From Octopus vulgaris (Eukaryota), in assembly GCA_951406725.2 (NCBI GenBank), contig OX597816.1, forward strand, positions 96,472,001 to 96,536,000: a stretch of DNA of 64,000 bases. Direction: 5' to 3'. Positions 30,130-43,899 of the stretch are shown piece after piece. Positions within the stretch are counted from its first letter, which is position 1. Each line of letters opens with the position of its first letter. The position numbers and the translations under genes were made by a program. Under the pieces are notes generated by a model, which saw only the letters and a program-made list of their open reading frames with translations, made no database searches and was not told the DNA's origin.

Positions 30130-30194
30130 TATGTAAAAGAAACACTCGGACCTTGATTTACTCTTTTACTTCTGCTAAATATTACATACAGATG

Positions 30195-30735
30195 TGTGTT
30201 TGTCTGGACGGGTCGTCGGCGACTAAACGGGCAACCCCACCAAACTTGCTTGGTGAAGAGGGTGTTTATTGGACACCCTGCGGGATGAAAAACAAAACCC
30301 GTCAAAGGGCGGAGGAACTCTTGAGAGTTAACGGCCATCCAATAAATGTCTTAAGGCTGTATCATGCGCGGGGACATAGAAATAATCGGACTGAATACCC
30401 GATCGCGCGGTTAAACCATTGGGAGTGAAGGACTCCTAGCCTTTGTTAGGGCATCCTTCTAGGAGAAGGCAACTCAGGTAACTGGGGTAACCCCGACAGA
30501 AAACCTGCGGCTCAGTGGTTACCGATGATGTTGACCTGTTCTTCTTTTCGGATTATGACTGCTGTTGCTTAGTGAGTGGGATTGACTCAGTGCACAGCCT
30601 TTCCTCACTTTAACAAAAATCTTCTTGCACAGGCGTTGCACGATAACAACATTGATTAAGCTTTGTGCAATGGACATACTCGATAACGAGGGGGCAGCCA
30701 CTATGTATGTATGTATGTATGTATGTATGTATACC
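30195..30735 (+). mobile_element. Non-coding GC-richer retroposon (RTE-derived SINE-like) with (TATG)n tail
   Basis: gggcatccttctaggagaaggcaactc resembles an RTE 5'UTR motif; ends in gcagccac(tatg)n; no ORF. Confidence 0.4.
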
Positions 30736-30999
30736 TCATACACACACATATATCATACACTTGAATCCATCGATATCTTATATTTTTAGTTACGTCTGTG
30801 CATATAAATATCACATTCTCCATACATAGACAAATTTTCATTATTAATACACCAACTAACATTTAACATTCAAAGGCTATTTTTATAATTTCTAATGCAC
30901 ATAACACCTCGCCCACATATACACAATAAATCTCGCCTTATGCGAATATCCACATAAATATACAAACATACATGTACATGTACATGAGTGTATGCATAC

Positions 31000-31055
<56 letters not shown>

Positions 31056-31949
31056 ATGTATGTGTGTGTGTACATATATATATGCATATATATATATATA
31101 TACAGATGTATATATATGTGTGTGTGTATATATTTATTTATGTGTGTGTGTATACATACATATATGATACTATAATATTATATAATATCTGATATCGATG
31201 TATTTATAATGGATATGATAAATGTGTATATTGATAAGATTTTATTGTATTTGCACTGACGTAAATACTTTGATATTACATGGCGTAGAAATGTAATCAT
31301 TACATCATGTTGTAGCAATTCCAAGACACGGTTTTCGTTGATTCTGTTACTGCAATTATTTTATTTCTTTTCTCTTCGTAAACAAATTTTTAATTATCCT
31401 TGTATACAACTATTCAAATCAATGAAATGTTAAGACTTTGTAAGAACTCAATTGTTCTCAGAATGGCGCGGTCGATGAACTTGATGTCCAGCGTTTTTAG
31501 TTACGTTGCCATGGGTGTGTGGCAACAATTCTCTCTACGCAATCACAAGATTCCAATTTGGGCTGGTGGATAAGTTTTAGTCTCTCGAGGGCGTATTTAT
31601 GAGTGATGGCAAGCAGAATATTGAACTGGGTGTTAGAATTTAGGTGTTGGCAGAGTAATGCGCCAGCTTCAGCATTCTATCCTCATGGTCATGAGTGTTT
31701 GGTAATGACCGAAAGAGTTCGATCGCAAATACCAGCCGCCGTAAAGGATTCCATCCAAAAGACTTTTGGAGAACATCACTCAACAAAGCGCGTAGCTCGG
31801 AAATCAGCGAATCTCGCTAGGTAAGTCTGCTACCTCGCCGTATTGAGAAGTCACAACTCCACTACTACGGACTTGTGATTAATATATGGAAACCACACTG
31901 TTCTCCAGCTAGCTTGAACTCAACAATTTCCCAAAATCTCTTCTCTAGA

Positions 31950-32430
31950 CACCTAAGGTAGACGTTCCCTCTTCTTTTTTCAATTGGGATTAACACTACA
32001 GATTGGTATTAGTCTTTGACCCTAGATCTAACATGGGTCCACCAGAAGATTTTATAGTTACTGGATGTAAGAAAACAGCGAAGTATTCCCCCCACCTTTT
32101 TAAGATGCTCTTTTCTGTGGAGAGAAAATATCAGCTGAGACCTTAATGGTTACTGTGAAAAGTTTTCTTGTTACGAAGTTGACGGCTGGTCTGCTAAAAC
32201 ATAATGCGGATGGAGAGGCATTACTTGATTTCTGTGCTAGATATTCTCTATTACGAACATCTTAAGTATGTTCGTAAGCATACTTGGTATTGGAATAATT
32301 TACGACGGAAGTCACTGATAGATTTTGCTATCGTTTCGCAACCTTTTGATGTGTGCTGGACGCTCATGTAAAGGAAAGGGATACGCTATCACCTGATCGC
32401 TACCTACCTAGTTGTCTGCAGCTTAAGACT
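31950..32430 (+). mobile_element. Decayed LINE APE-domain relic (RTE-like)
   Basis: Fragments NADGEALLDFCA, KHTWYW, RKSLIDFAIVS, VLDAHVKER, LVVCSLRL. Confidence 0.55.
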
Positions 32431-32894
32431 ATCTACAACAGGGAGAAAAACTCACAAAACTGGTAAGTCCGCAGCGATTAAGCAACACTGGGATTAAGCA
32501 ACACTGACCTTAGATCTTCCTCTGATTAAAATATACATGGTTCGATGCCGCTTTATACATCGTGGAGAACTGATTCGTTCGAAAGTAGGAGCAAGGTGGA
32601 TGATGGAATGAACTTGTTTGACATTATACACTAGTTGCTAAATTATAGATGCAGAAAAAATCCTTCACGTAATGGGTTAGTGATAATAGTGTAGTAGTAG
32701 GTGAGGTTAGCTTCAGTAATTTGTTGAGTAAAACCTTCGCAAATTAGCCAAGTGAATTAGCAGTCTTAGTTCTTCATGTATTGCTTTGCCTCAGGTCAGC
32801 ACTAACCGAGAAAACCTATGATCAAAAGCGTTGTAATTTAAATTTATAACATTAATTAAATCAATTAGGTGTACTTACGTTTCATATCTATCTT

Positions 32895-32983
<89 letters not shown>

Positions 32984-33310
32984 AGTGTATGCAACCTAAA
33001 GCACTTACAAAACAGAAAACAAGCAAGTTAATTTTTCCTCTTTAAGAAACCTGAGCAAACATTTTCTCTGAATTGATATTTTAAGTGTTCAAGAAAGTCC
33101 AGAATATAGTCTTAAATATATTAAGTGTACTTCACTTCAGAATACATTCGATATGTTTGTATCTTGGTAAGTTTGAATATGTTCAAAATGATATTTTTAA
33201 TGTTTTCCCAGGTAATTTCCGGAATTTTCGGATTTGGTGTGTGTTCTTCACGCTTTCTGAAGACTAGATACTCAGGAGTGCTGCTGAGATAGTTACACGT
33301 GCAGCAAACA

Positions 33311-33436
33311 TAGGTATAAATCTAAAGTTATGTTATAGGTATAACTCTAAAGTTATATTATAGGTATAACTCTAAAGTTATATTATAGGTATAACTCTAA
33401 AGTTATATTATATACATAGGTATAAATCTAAAGTTA
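33311..33436. repeat. 25-bp minisatellite, ~5 copies (taggtataactctaaagttatatta)
   Basis: Units at 33311, 33336, 33361, 33386 and a partial at 33417. Confidence 0.9.
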
Positions 33437-33594
33437 GATTTCTCTTTAGATCGATATAGATGTTTTGTCGTAAGTGCTATGTTAAAGGATGCTGATTTCT
33501 GTCTACTACAGTTAACTTCTAACTTTTACTTGTCTTTATATACTTGCTATGGCAACAGTCCGGATACTTATTGATCAGACCTACCTTGTGTATG

Positions 33595-33990
33595 TACAGA
33601 GTGCGGTGAATAAACTGTCGTCAAAATTATGCAAATATGACAATAACACTAACATCTCATTTTAACAGATATATTTACCAAAATTATATAAAAATATCTT
33701 GAAATACTAAAAAGTAAATTTATTGAATAAAATCGCCATTGGCTTGAACCACGACCTCCAGACAACTTCAGAATCTTCAGCAACTCTTCTGGACAGTCTT
33801 CTTGTTTAAGTTGATGAATGCTGTCATAATCCTTGCCTTCAGTTCATCTTTTTGCTGGTCTCTCGCTCAAATGCGCCCCACACATAATAATCGAGGAGGT
33901 TGCAGTCTGGGAGGTTGTGTGGACAGATGTTAGGAGTGATGTGGTCGCAGAAATTGTCTCAGAGCCATGATTGGGTTCTCCTGCTTGTGT
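33595..33990 (-). mobile_element. Tc1/mariner-superfamily transposase C-terminal relic with one terminus
   Basis: Minus translation PHNLPDCNLLDYYVWGAFERET..KDELKARIM..EVVVQANGDFIQ* (SPDxNPLDY-like); TA-CAGAGTG end at 33595. Confidence 0.7.
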
Positions 33991-34317
33991 GGCATGGTGC
34001 AGAGTGCTGTTGCCCTTTCTGAAATTAAGTCTTCTTACTGTTTCCAAGTAAAAGATAACACATTCACGCACATATGCATTTGATTGCACTTGCGTGCGTA
34101 TTTATGAGTGTACATGTATGTGTGTGTGTATGTGTGTGTATGTGCCTCTCTGTGCGTGTGCATATATATGGCTGCTTAGTAAAGCATTTGCTTTCCTAGT
34201 ACATGGTTGTGGGTTCAGTACCATTGCGTAACAAATTATGTAAGTGTCGTATACTATAGCCCCGTGGTGAGCAAAACCTTGTGAGTGGATTTGGTAGGGC
34301 AAAGTGAAAGAAGTCTG

Positions 34318-34364
<47 letters not shown>

Positions 34365-35662
34365 TGCGTATGTGTATTTCTCTCTGTGTTTGTCTGCCAG
34401 AAACGCTTGACAATCGGTGCTGGTTTGTTTACGCCCCACTAATTAAGAAGTCCTGGAAAAATATATCTCTAGAATATGTACCAGGTTTAGTGTGAGCTGA
34501 GAGCTCTGACGAGCGTATGTAATACGTTTTCGGATGTAAAGCTTTCTGGTCCCGTTTACTTCGTTGCAAATGAGATCATGGAATATATTTTCACCCGTAT
34601 TTAGGTGCTTGTAGCATTCTTTGTTCGATATCAGAGAAATAGTTGAGACATTGATTTAGATGATGTTATTGTGGTTACCACACAGCCACACCTGCGCCTA
34701 TAATGGTCATTTTTTTTTCTTGCTAGTCCCGAAATATAACAATATCTGTTTCAACACACAATTTCACATCAAGAATCTTGCAAAACAAATTCATAAACAT
34801 TATTTTAATTATTTTAACAAAATCCCCTTTTTAAAAACTTTGAGAATGCCCAAACATAGAAAAAGGCTTTCTTTCATACCTTCAATATCTTTTTGGCATA
34901 GATAGTTTTCCACTATTAAACCCTAGATCGGGTTGTTATTTCTATTCCCGTGTGAATCAATAAAATATTCCTCAGATCTCCCAAAAGAAAAAAAAGGATA
35001 AGGAGCTGACAGCATGCGATAATTCATCCAGTCAAACACAAGGTAGTAAATTTCTTTACAGAAAACTTCAGGGTCACCTGTATATTTACCGCTCTGGTTA
35101 TAACTAATGGTATTTAACCATCACTAAATCCGGCCTTTTTAACCATGCCGCCTGTTCCTCTACCTCCAGGATTTCTTTGGAATTCTCATCCTCTTCATGT
35201 AATGATTTAATATTTTTTATCCTGATTTCATATGGCTGGAATCGAAAGCAAAGCCAAATACCAAGCGTAAGTTCAAGAGCTCATAACAATCTCATATAAG
35301 TATACATACATACATACATACATACATACATACATAATTGCATACATACACACACACACAAGCAAACACGCATACGCAAACACATGCAAACACGCGTGTG
35401 TGTATTCGTTCATGTACAATTAACAAGCGTTCGTATTTGTATGTTTTGTTATATCAGGAACGCTTGTACAGTTTATCCCTGATACTTCTCTCTTTTCAGA
35501 CGCTAATCTCTTATCTCGGCTCTCAACAGAAATACAATTGGGAAACGAGTTATCTTCTCACTCAACGTAAAATTAATTAAATAGACGCACATAAACACAC
35601 ACAAACATACACACACACACTCACACACACACACACATCACACACACACTTTACACATACAG

Positions 35663-35780
<118 letters not shown>

Positions 35781-35961
35781 GTATATATATATACACATAT
35801 ATATGTAAATATATCTATACATACACACACACACACACACATATATATATTATATATATACATATATATATATATATACATACACACATACATATACACC
35901 TATATATATGTACATGCATAATTATGTGTTTATATATACACACACACATATATACATGTTG

Positions 35962-36048
<87 letters not shown>

Positions 36049-36923
36049 TGCATAAGTTTGATAAGTATACCTGTAAGTGAGTATTGCTTTAAATGTTCTG
36101 ATAATTAGTAATACTATCATCATAATCACTACGTTATTTCATTCTGTTTTATTTTAATGATTAATATATATATCTTCCCGATTATTTATTTCAGCAGCGG
36201 AGGGATTCCTAGTTGCCGAGAGACAAAGCTATTGCTTTAATCTTTATTTTAATTTTCGCTAATGTTTCATTTTAACGGAGATAACACAAATGAGATTTAA
36301 GTGTATGTTTTTTTCCTCTTTTTTTTTTTCCTGTATTTTTCTGCATTTGTCTTTTTGGACGTAGATTCACGTTTCACGTTAAGATGATAGTGCGTAATAT
36401 GAGGGAGACGTAGTTGTTCTCTGTACACTTTGAACAGCAGCGTAGAGGCACTTGTTGCTATTGGTGGTGCTGGTGATGGTGGTGATGGTGGTCGTCGACG
36501 TTTGTAGTGAACAAAGACCAGGTCAGCGTTTACGTAGCAAGATTTTGTCAAAGACTGCCCATCCTTGCCCATCAAGTGTTTTTCTCAGAACTTCAATGTC
36601 CGATGCTTCCTTCTATGTTCAAGGTAGCAATTTATGATTTGAAGGAGATTTTTGACATCTCTTCCTCAATCAACGAACATAGTAACATTGCATAAACTAA
36701 AACATCATTGTCAACGACGCAATGCGGAGAAATATATCGGTGCCTGTATGTACGCCTCTATTTAAACACATACGCACGCACATAAACACATACACACGCA
36801 CATACATCCACACGTACATAAACACATACACACGCACATACATCCAAACGTGCATAACACATTCATACAAACACACACACACACATGTATATGCATATAT
36901 ACATGCTTACGTATATACATGTG

Positions 36924-36968
<45 letters not shown>

Positions 36969-37601
36969 TAAATGTATGTATGCATATATATATGCATGTA
37001 TGTATATATGTATATATATATGTATGTTTATATATATATGTGTGTATATATATATATACATATACATATATATATATACATATATATATATGTATATGTA
37101 TGTTTATATATATATGTGTATATATATATATACACATATATATATACATATTTATATATGTATATGTATATATATATTTGAATGTATGTATGTGTGTGTA
37201 TGTGTGTGTGTGTGTGTGTTGGAATCCGAGAAATCTGTTGATCATAAAATAACCCACAAGCTAATTAGCTTTTCAAACTAAAGAACAAGATAATGTACAA
37301 ATGCCTCAAGACAACAAATTTTCTTGACGAATTACACCAGGGGATTATAACCCAATCGATCTACCCGATATATTCAAATGTTGACTATCCAAAACTAAAC
37401 GACACTCACGTATTTCACAACACTAAACGCCAACGTTAACTGTATTACTATTTTCAAAGTCTTTTTGCATTCTTACACGATATCATCAACGCATCTTCCG
37501 TTCAAAATTTGAAAAATCCTAAATTAATAATAACTCTGTCTATATATTCATATATACATACATACTTACGTACGCACATACATACATGCATACACACATA
37601 C

Positions 37602-37659
<58 letters not shown>

Positions 37660-37789
37660 TTTGTAAAAAGCATAAATCGGAAAGAAGGACACTCTAAGAT
37701 GTTGAGCAGAATATAATAAAAATGGGTAATGCCGTTTTATGGGATTACCTAAGGTTTCCAGTCCATAAAGAGTTTAGCTCTATGTCGTA

Positions 37790-38290
37790 TCGTCAGATCC
37801 TAAAAACCTGTTGGCCCCATGACCTCTTAAAAATGTAGAGGAGGCCTTCTTTTTTTCACTAACACTCTTTACCAGGTTTTTGAATACGATAGGTGGGTGG
37901 CAGGAGGCTATGTTAATAATGTACGTTAGCCTCCCGTTTGGTTTGCGGAAGGGCCTGTAATATACCAAGGTCCAAGACATGATCTTCCTAGAATGTTATC
38001 TAGATGTTTCTAACATCCCTTTTTTTATCATACCTAGGGCACCTATAACAACAGGAACAGATCTAAGAAGTCCGTGGTTGTAAGATTGGTCTCTATGGTG
38101 ATTTTCAATCCCATGGAGGCAAGTGTGTTGATTAGATCTTTTCTAAGCCTGTCCAGTTTATGCCCGCTTGACCGCATAGAGATGGCCAGGGCGTCATCTC
38201 CGTAGAGACCAAAGCGGGCAGAGGGAAACTTTTCCTAAGAGTATCGAGGATATACAACCCGATGAAGTCGCATACGTCAGCGTTTTCATA
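37790..38290 (-). mobile_element. Penelope-type RT relic interrupted by a 90-bp foreign patch
   Basis: NADVCDFIGLYIL; FGLYGDDALAI..DRLRKDLINTLASMGLKITIETNLTTTDFLDL; then YRPFRKPN..YI..SCHPPIVFKNL. Confidence 0.75.
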
Positions 38291-39009
38291 AACCCTTGAA
38301 GGCGGTGCTCCAGCATGGCCGCTGTACAATGACTGAAATATATAAAAGGTAAAAGGTAAGTATGTGTATATATATATATGCATTTATGTATGCATGTATA
38401 TACGTATGCGTACATGAAATCAAATTCTACTAAAAACTTAAAGATTAATTTTAGACTTCGGTACAAGACACTTTGTCAACGTATCCTGAAGAAGTGAACA
38501 TCGTTATCACACATTCATCACATTTAAAATTGCAACCCCAGGACGAGGAAACAAGAGATCAAATATCACTACTATATGTGTAATACCTGCCTAGCAATAA
38601 CACCACAGATTATACCAAATAGGTTTCACCAATTTCATCCGTCAAATAAGCTCCTTAATTGAATAAAATAGTATTATTACGCTGTCATCTATCTCATGAG
38701 AATCAGACAATCTGTAGAACCATCGCCAATAACTAATAGGCTTTCCGTACAAGATTTCATCGTAGTTTACTATTATCGCATATCCACACATGAAGCAAAG
38801 CTCCATGTGTGGATAGTAACATAGCGGATATATATTTAGAAGTATAGATTAAGAGACAAGCAATGAAAATATTGCATCACTAATCGACACCTTGCATCTA
38901 TCGCTTGATGGTGTTTGGCGTGTGAACCAAACTGAAAGCGAACGGTGTTCTTTCGATTAAATGAAACTAATAAAACATGCCATAGGTCTTCTATAATATG
39001 ATCCCCAGA

Positions 39010-39073
<64 letters not shown>

Positions 39074-39074
<1 letters not shown>

Positions 39075-41225
39075 TATGTTTGACTTTTGCTTTATATTTG
39101 TACAAGTTGGCTCCAAGTCTCACCCAGAGACCTCAAGAGACAACAGGGTTGGAAGTTCATGTTGTTGTTATGCCTAGTGTGCCATATATTTGGGGGGTGG
39201 GGATGTTGTACTAATGAATGTCTAAAAATAAAAAATTAAAAAAAAAAAAAAATTATGTTTGTTTTAAACCTTGAGATTACATAGAGAGTATTTTGCGTAG
39301 GATATGAGCAGTTCCCATGAGCACTATCTTTTGAACTTCTGCCATTTTTGGGTTTCCTGGTATCTGAGTTAGGTAGCTATTAGCCCCTTTTGCTATCATT
39401 CCCAGGGCACCTATGACAACAGGTATTGTTTTAGTCTTCAGCTTCCACATTTTGCTGATTTCTATTTCAAGATCTTTATATTTGCTCAGTTTTTGGTAGG
39501 TCTTGACAGATACGTTTATATCGATTGGGACAGTCATATCAATGAGGAGGCATGTTCTTTGTTTGAAGTTTTTCAATATGATGTCTGGCCTATTTGCATC
39601 TATCTTCCTGTCAGTTTGAATGGTGAAGTTCCAGAGGAGTGAGATGTGGTCATTTTCAAGCACTGGGGGTGGTTTGTGTTCCCACCAGTTTTTTTCATGG
39701 GGCAAATCCAGGTTTTTACAGATTACCCAGTGAATATATTGTGCAGCTCTATCGTGCCTGTTGAGATACTCTGTAGGCGCTAGAAGACTGCACTTGGAGA
39801 CCACATGGTCAATGGTTTCATTTTGTTGCTTGCATACACGACACGTTGGACTGCTTCTGATCTTTAATATGTTGGCCTGGTAGTTTCTTGTTGGTAGGCA
39901 TTGATCTTGAGCTGCTATGATAAACCCCTCTGTTTCAGATTTTAAGCCAGAGGCCATTAGCCATTGATGGGTCAGGGCTTTGTCGATATCTGCATTATTC
40001 GCTCTCTTTGGGTATTTGCCATAGAGAGGTTTTTCTTGCTATTTATTATTCAGAATATCTAAGGCCGCAGTTTTGGCACGGGTTTTCATGCGCCTAGCTT
40101 TTTCTGTGCTTGTTTCTTGTATATCTATCTCTAATTCCGAAATTGGTTGTATTCGGAATTCACTTAGATATTCCTTTGCCTGTTTTGTGACTGAGTATGA
40201 TGCTTTCTTGTTTTCATGTTTTGAGACAAGTTTTAGCATCCAGTCCTCAGAGTTTTTCAGGTAGGTGTCTAGGCCAATTGTAGCAATCTTCATTGTTATT
40301 GCCAGTTGCAAAAGACCACGGCCTCCCTCTTTTCTTGGCAGATAGAGTCGTTCTGTATCTGCCTTAGGGTGGTGCATTCTATGCATTGTCAACAGTTTCC
40401 TTATTTTTCTGTCGAGCTGACATATTTCAGTAATTGACCAGTTAACAATATTGAAACTGTAAGTCACGACTGGTATAGCTAATGCATTGATTGCTTCGAT
40501 CCTGTTTCTTGCATTCAGCTCTGTCTTGAGTATTGCTCTCACTCTTCGATAGCATTCTCTCCTGATCCTTTCCTTCATCTCTGAATGCCTTATTCCGTTC
40601 CCTTCAATTATCCCTAGGTACTTGTAGCTCTCCGCTGGGTCTAGTTCTTTTATGACATTCTGTTGGTCAAGGTTAACGTTAGATGTTTCTGTCATTTTTC
40701 CTTTGATAAAGGTAGCCTTTGCACATTTATCGAGGCCGAATTGCATTCTGATGTCGTCACTGAATTGTTTGACTATCGCTAGTAAGCCCTTGAGTTGTTC
40801 ATCATTTTTTGCAAAAGCTTTAAATCATCCATGTAAACGAGATGATTTATATTTTTATCAAACATTTTATACCCGTACTGCGCATCATTGAGCAGCTTTG
40901 AGAGAGGTATTAAGGATAAACAAAAGAGGAGTGGTGACAGTGAGTCACCCTGGAAAATGCCACACGAAATTTTTACATCACCAGCATTTAGGGATTCACT
41001 GTCACTGTTCAGAGTTAGTGTGGTTCTCCATGATCTCATACTTACAGTCAAGAAGTTTCGCAGAGTTGGTGCTATCTTATACATTTCAAGGCATTTCCTA
41101 ATCCAGCTATGTGGTAGGCTATCAAAAGCCTTTTTATAGTCTATCCAGGCTATTGATAAGTTTTTGTGTCGTTTGTGACAATCTTCTAAGATCATCTTAT
41201 TGATGAGTAGTTGGTCTTTACAGCC
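39074..41225 (-). mobile_element. R4/Dong-type RLE non-LTR retrotransposon, family A copy 1 (5'-truncated)
   Basis: GCKDQLL, WIDYKKAFDS, GIFQGDSLSP, YMDDLKL, CRVC..HVVSKC knuckle, RHD, RPDII..DMTVP, KLSKY; 3' end abuts (TAA)n 39009-39073. Confidence 0.92.
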
Positions 41226-41269
41226 GTCAAATAAGCTCCTTAATTGAATAAAATAGTATTATTACGCTG

Positions 41270-41303
<34 letters not shown>

Positions 41304-41371
41304 CATTATTATTATTATTATTACTATTATTATTATTATTACTATTGTTGTTGCTGTTGTTGTTGTTGTTT

Positions 41372-42090
41372 ATTTTTAATCAGCATGCTTGTTACAATCA
41401 ATTGCTGAAACACACCCAGCGTCCTAGGGCGAGTGAAGGATAAGAGATATTACAGTATAACGGAAAGCTTGGGGAGGGGTCGTGGCTGGGGCAGTAGTGA
41501 AATATCTTCATGTACAACACAGACATTTAAACTGATAGCGTTTTTCTAAGGATGGGGGCAGTAAATGTCAGCAAAATCTTTTAGATGTCTCTTAGACATG
41601 ATCTTCCTACAATGTTATCTAGATGTTTCTAACATCCCTTTTTTTATCATACCTAGGGCACCTACAACAACAGGAACAGATCTTGCTTTAAGATGCCACA
41701 TCTTTTGTATTTCAATTTCCAGGTCCTTATATTTTTCTTAATTTGTCAAATTCCTTTACAGATATACTTTTATCAGTGGGAACACTTACATCTATTAGTC
41801 AACAAGCATTTTCTTCCTCGACTTTAATAATCATGTCTGGTCGATTAGCTTAGATCTTCTGTCAGTGTTGACTGGAAAATCCCAGAGGATAGTGATATTT
41901 TTACCTTCAACGACTGGTTCAAAATGGTCTTCATATCAGTAAGTAGGTGTGCCGATTTTATAGTGTTTACATATCTTCCAATGTAAATACTGTCTTACCC
42001 TATCGTGCCAATTTTTTGTATTCGTTTGGTGTCAGCTTAAGACATCCCGAAATGAGGTTGTCTATTGTTTCGTCAAATGCGTCACAGAAT
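41372..42090 (-). mobile_element. R4/Dong-type family B copy 1 (RLE domain and 3'UTR)
   Basis: Homologous to 48296-49170; FCDAFDETIDNLIS, ILWDFPVNTD, RPDMI, VPVVVGALG. Confidence 0.8.
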
Positions 42091-42357
42091 CTTTTCGTCT
42101 GCCTTCTTGATTATTCGTGAGTCAAAGGGGCATGCAACATCAACTATATAGCATATGTAGTGCACCTTGTCCACCACCACTAGGACTGGTCTTTTATGGT
42201 CTAGCACCTGATCTGTTTGCATTGGAAAATCACACCACTCTCTGCAGTTCGTGCTCATGCCACATCTTGCCTTTCACTAGCCCCTACTATTCTCACACTT
42301 TCCAATGTAGCCCTTTCGCTACCTGGTTGCATCACCACAAATTGTAGTCGCTTGGGA
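42091..42357 (-). mobile_element. R4/Dong-type fragment of another family (C), RLE region
   Basis: Minus translation QVAKGLHWKV..WHEHE..DFPMQTDQVLDHKRPVLVVVDK..IVDVACPFDSRI; its 5' end abuts (TAA/CAA)n. Confidence 0.7.
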
Positions 42358-42382
42358 TTATTATTATTATTGTTGTTGTTGC

Positions 42383-42413
<31 letters not shown>

Positions 42414-42829
42414 CTTGTTCTTGTTGTTGTTGTGGCTGCTGCTGTTGTTGTTATTAATGTTATTGTCGCCATAGCTGGAGGTATGGTTTTGGAGCGCTGT
42501 AAGTTTATGGCCAATTCACTTGTTTTAAAAGGTTCTATACTGTATTTTGTTGTTTAAATCGTTTTTGCAAGGGGGTGGGTTGATGTTTGTTAACTAAACA
42601 TGTTGGGGGTTATAGAAACCTTTTTGTTTTCAAATTTCTTCGAAAATTAACTTCGAAGAAACTAAGCATTGAAGATGGCGACGAAAAGCGGGAGTGATGA
42701 AGGGAGTAGGGGGAGGATGAAAAGAAGAAGAAGAAGAAGAAGAAGAAGAAGAAGAAGAAGAAGAAGAAGAAGAAGAAGAAGAAGAAGAAGAAGAAGAAGG
42801 TGAAGAGGAGGTAGAAGTAAAGTCTTCCA

Positions 42830-43740
42830 CACTACATGAAAATTGTAGTAGCACGAAGATTTTTACATCTCTTAGTCGACCGTGAATAGGGTGGAGGGGT
42901 TGGCAATGTTCTTCAGAAAATGTCTGGATCTCGAGATACGGTCGGTCTTTATGCATCCTGAAGGTAAGTCGATGGTCCTAGACGTGAACGATAACGAAGA
43001 CACTATTTTAGACTGGTGGTAGTGTGCGCATCGACTGGTGAGGGGTAACCGGAGTTCTTCAGACGCCTGGAGGCCTTTCTAGGGACGTCTCGCTCTTTAG
43101 TGTTAGTGGGCGACTAGAACGCCATTTTAAATGCACGTGTGGATTGGGTGGGGCGAGCAGATGGGAAAGCCTCGCAAAACTGCTCAGTCGTTTTCAGCTG
43201 GCGGACAGGTTCAGACTGGATTTTCAGAACACTCCAGTGTGGACATGGGCAAACAGTGTAGGGTCATCCAGATGTTATCGTATTCTATAGGCCAGCATAG
43301 AGTGTCCACAGTTTGAATTCCTCAACAAACAGACCACAGATTTGTGATCTGCACAGTTGACCTAGGTAGGCTCTATAGGCAGGGACCCGGATAGTGAAAG
43401 CTAAACGCGTCCTTCCCTGTGCGTCAAGCTTTCAGAGACCGGCTTAGCAAGTTAGTCCATAGAAAGTTGACAGGTGTAATCGTCAATAACCTATGAATGG
43501 ATGGGGGCCTAAAACGTGCGGTTAGTGTAGAAGCTGTAGAATTTAACAGAGAACTAGCAATAGAGAAGACTAGAGTAGAAGGAAATCAGGCTATGAAATT
43601 AGAAGAGACACTCAGTAGAGACATAGCAACCTCTGGCAGCGAGATCGGTTCTGAACCAATTCTTCAACACCAAGCATTGTCAGAGCTAGGGTGCATGCTC
43701 TAAAGCAGGAGGGAACGAGAGCCGTTCGATGGGCCCGGGT
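42830..43740 (+). mobile_element. Decayed L1/Tx1-clade LINE APE region following (GAA)n
   Basis: LVLVGD*NAIL, QLADRFRLDFQNTPVWTW, TDHRFVIC, QGPG**KLNAS (GPGYWKLN-like), IVRARVHALKQEG. Confidence 0.7.
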
Positions 43741-43899
43741 GTGAAAATATGGCTCAAAAAGACTGGTAAAAAATGAAAAGATAGAACATCTACAAAAATC
43801 ATCAATACCTGGGACTGCAAGAGTGAAAATGTAGCCCTTCTCTTCTCTCTGTCAACTCGAATATGTAAACGTACCTTTTGTTCCAACAACACTATTAAA

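Noticed and set aside
33250-33305. Hammerhead at ctgaaga..ctcag/ctgag
   Set aside because: The GAAA box is missing, so it cannot be supported.
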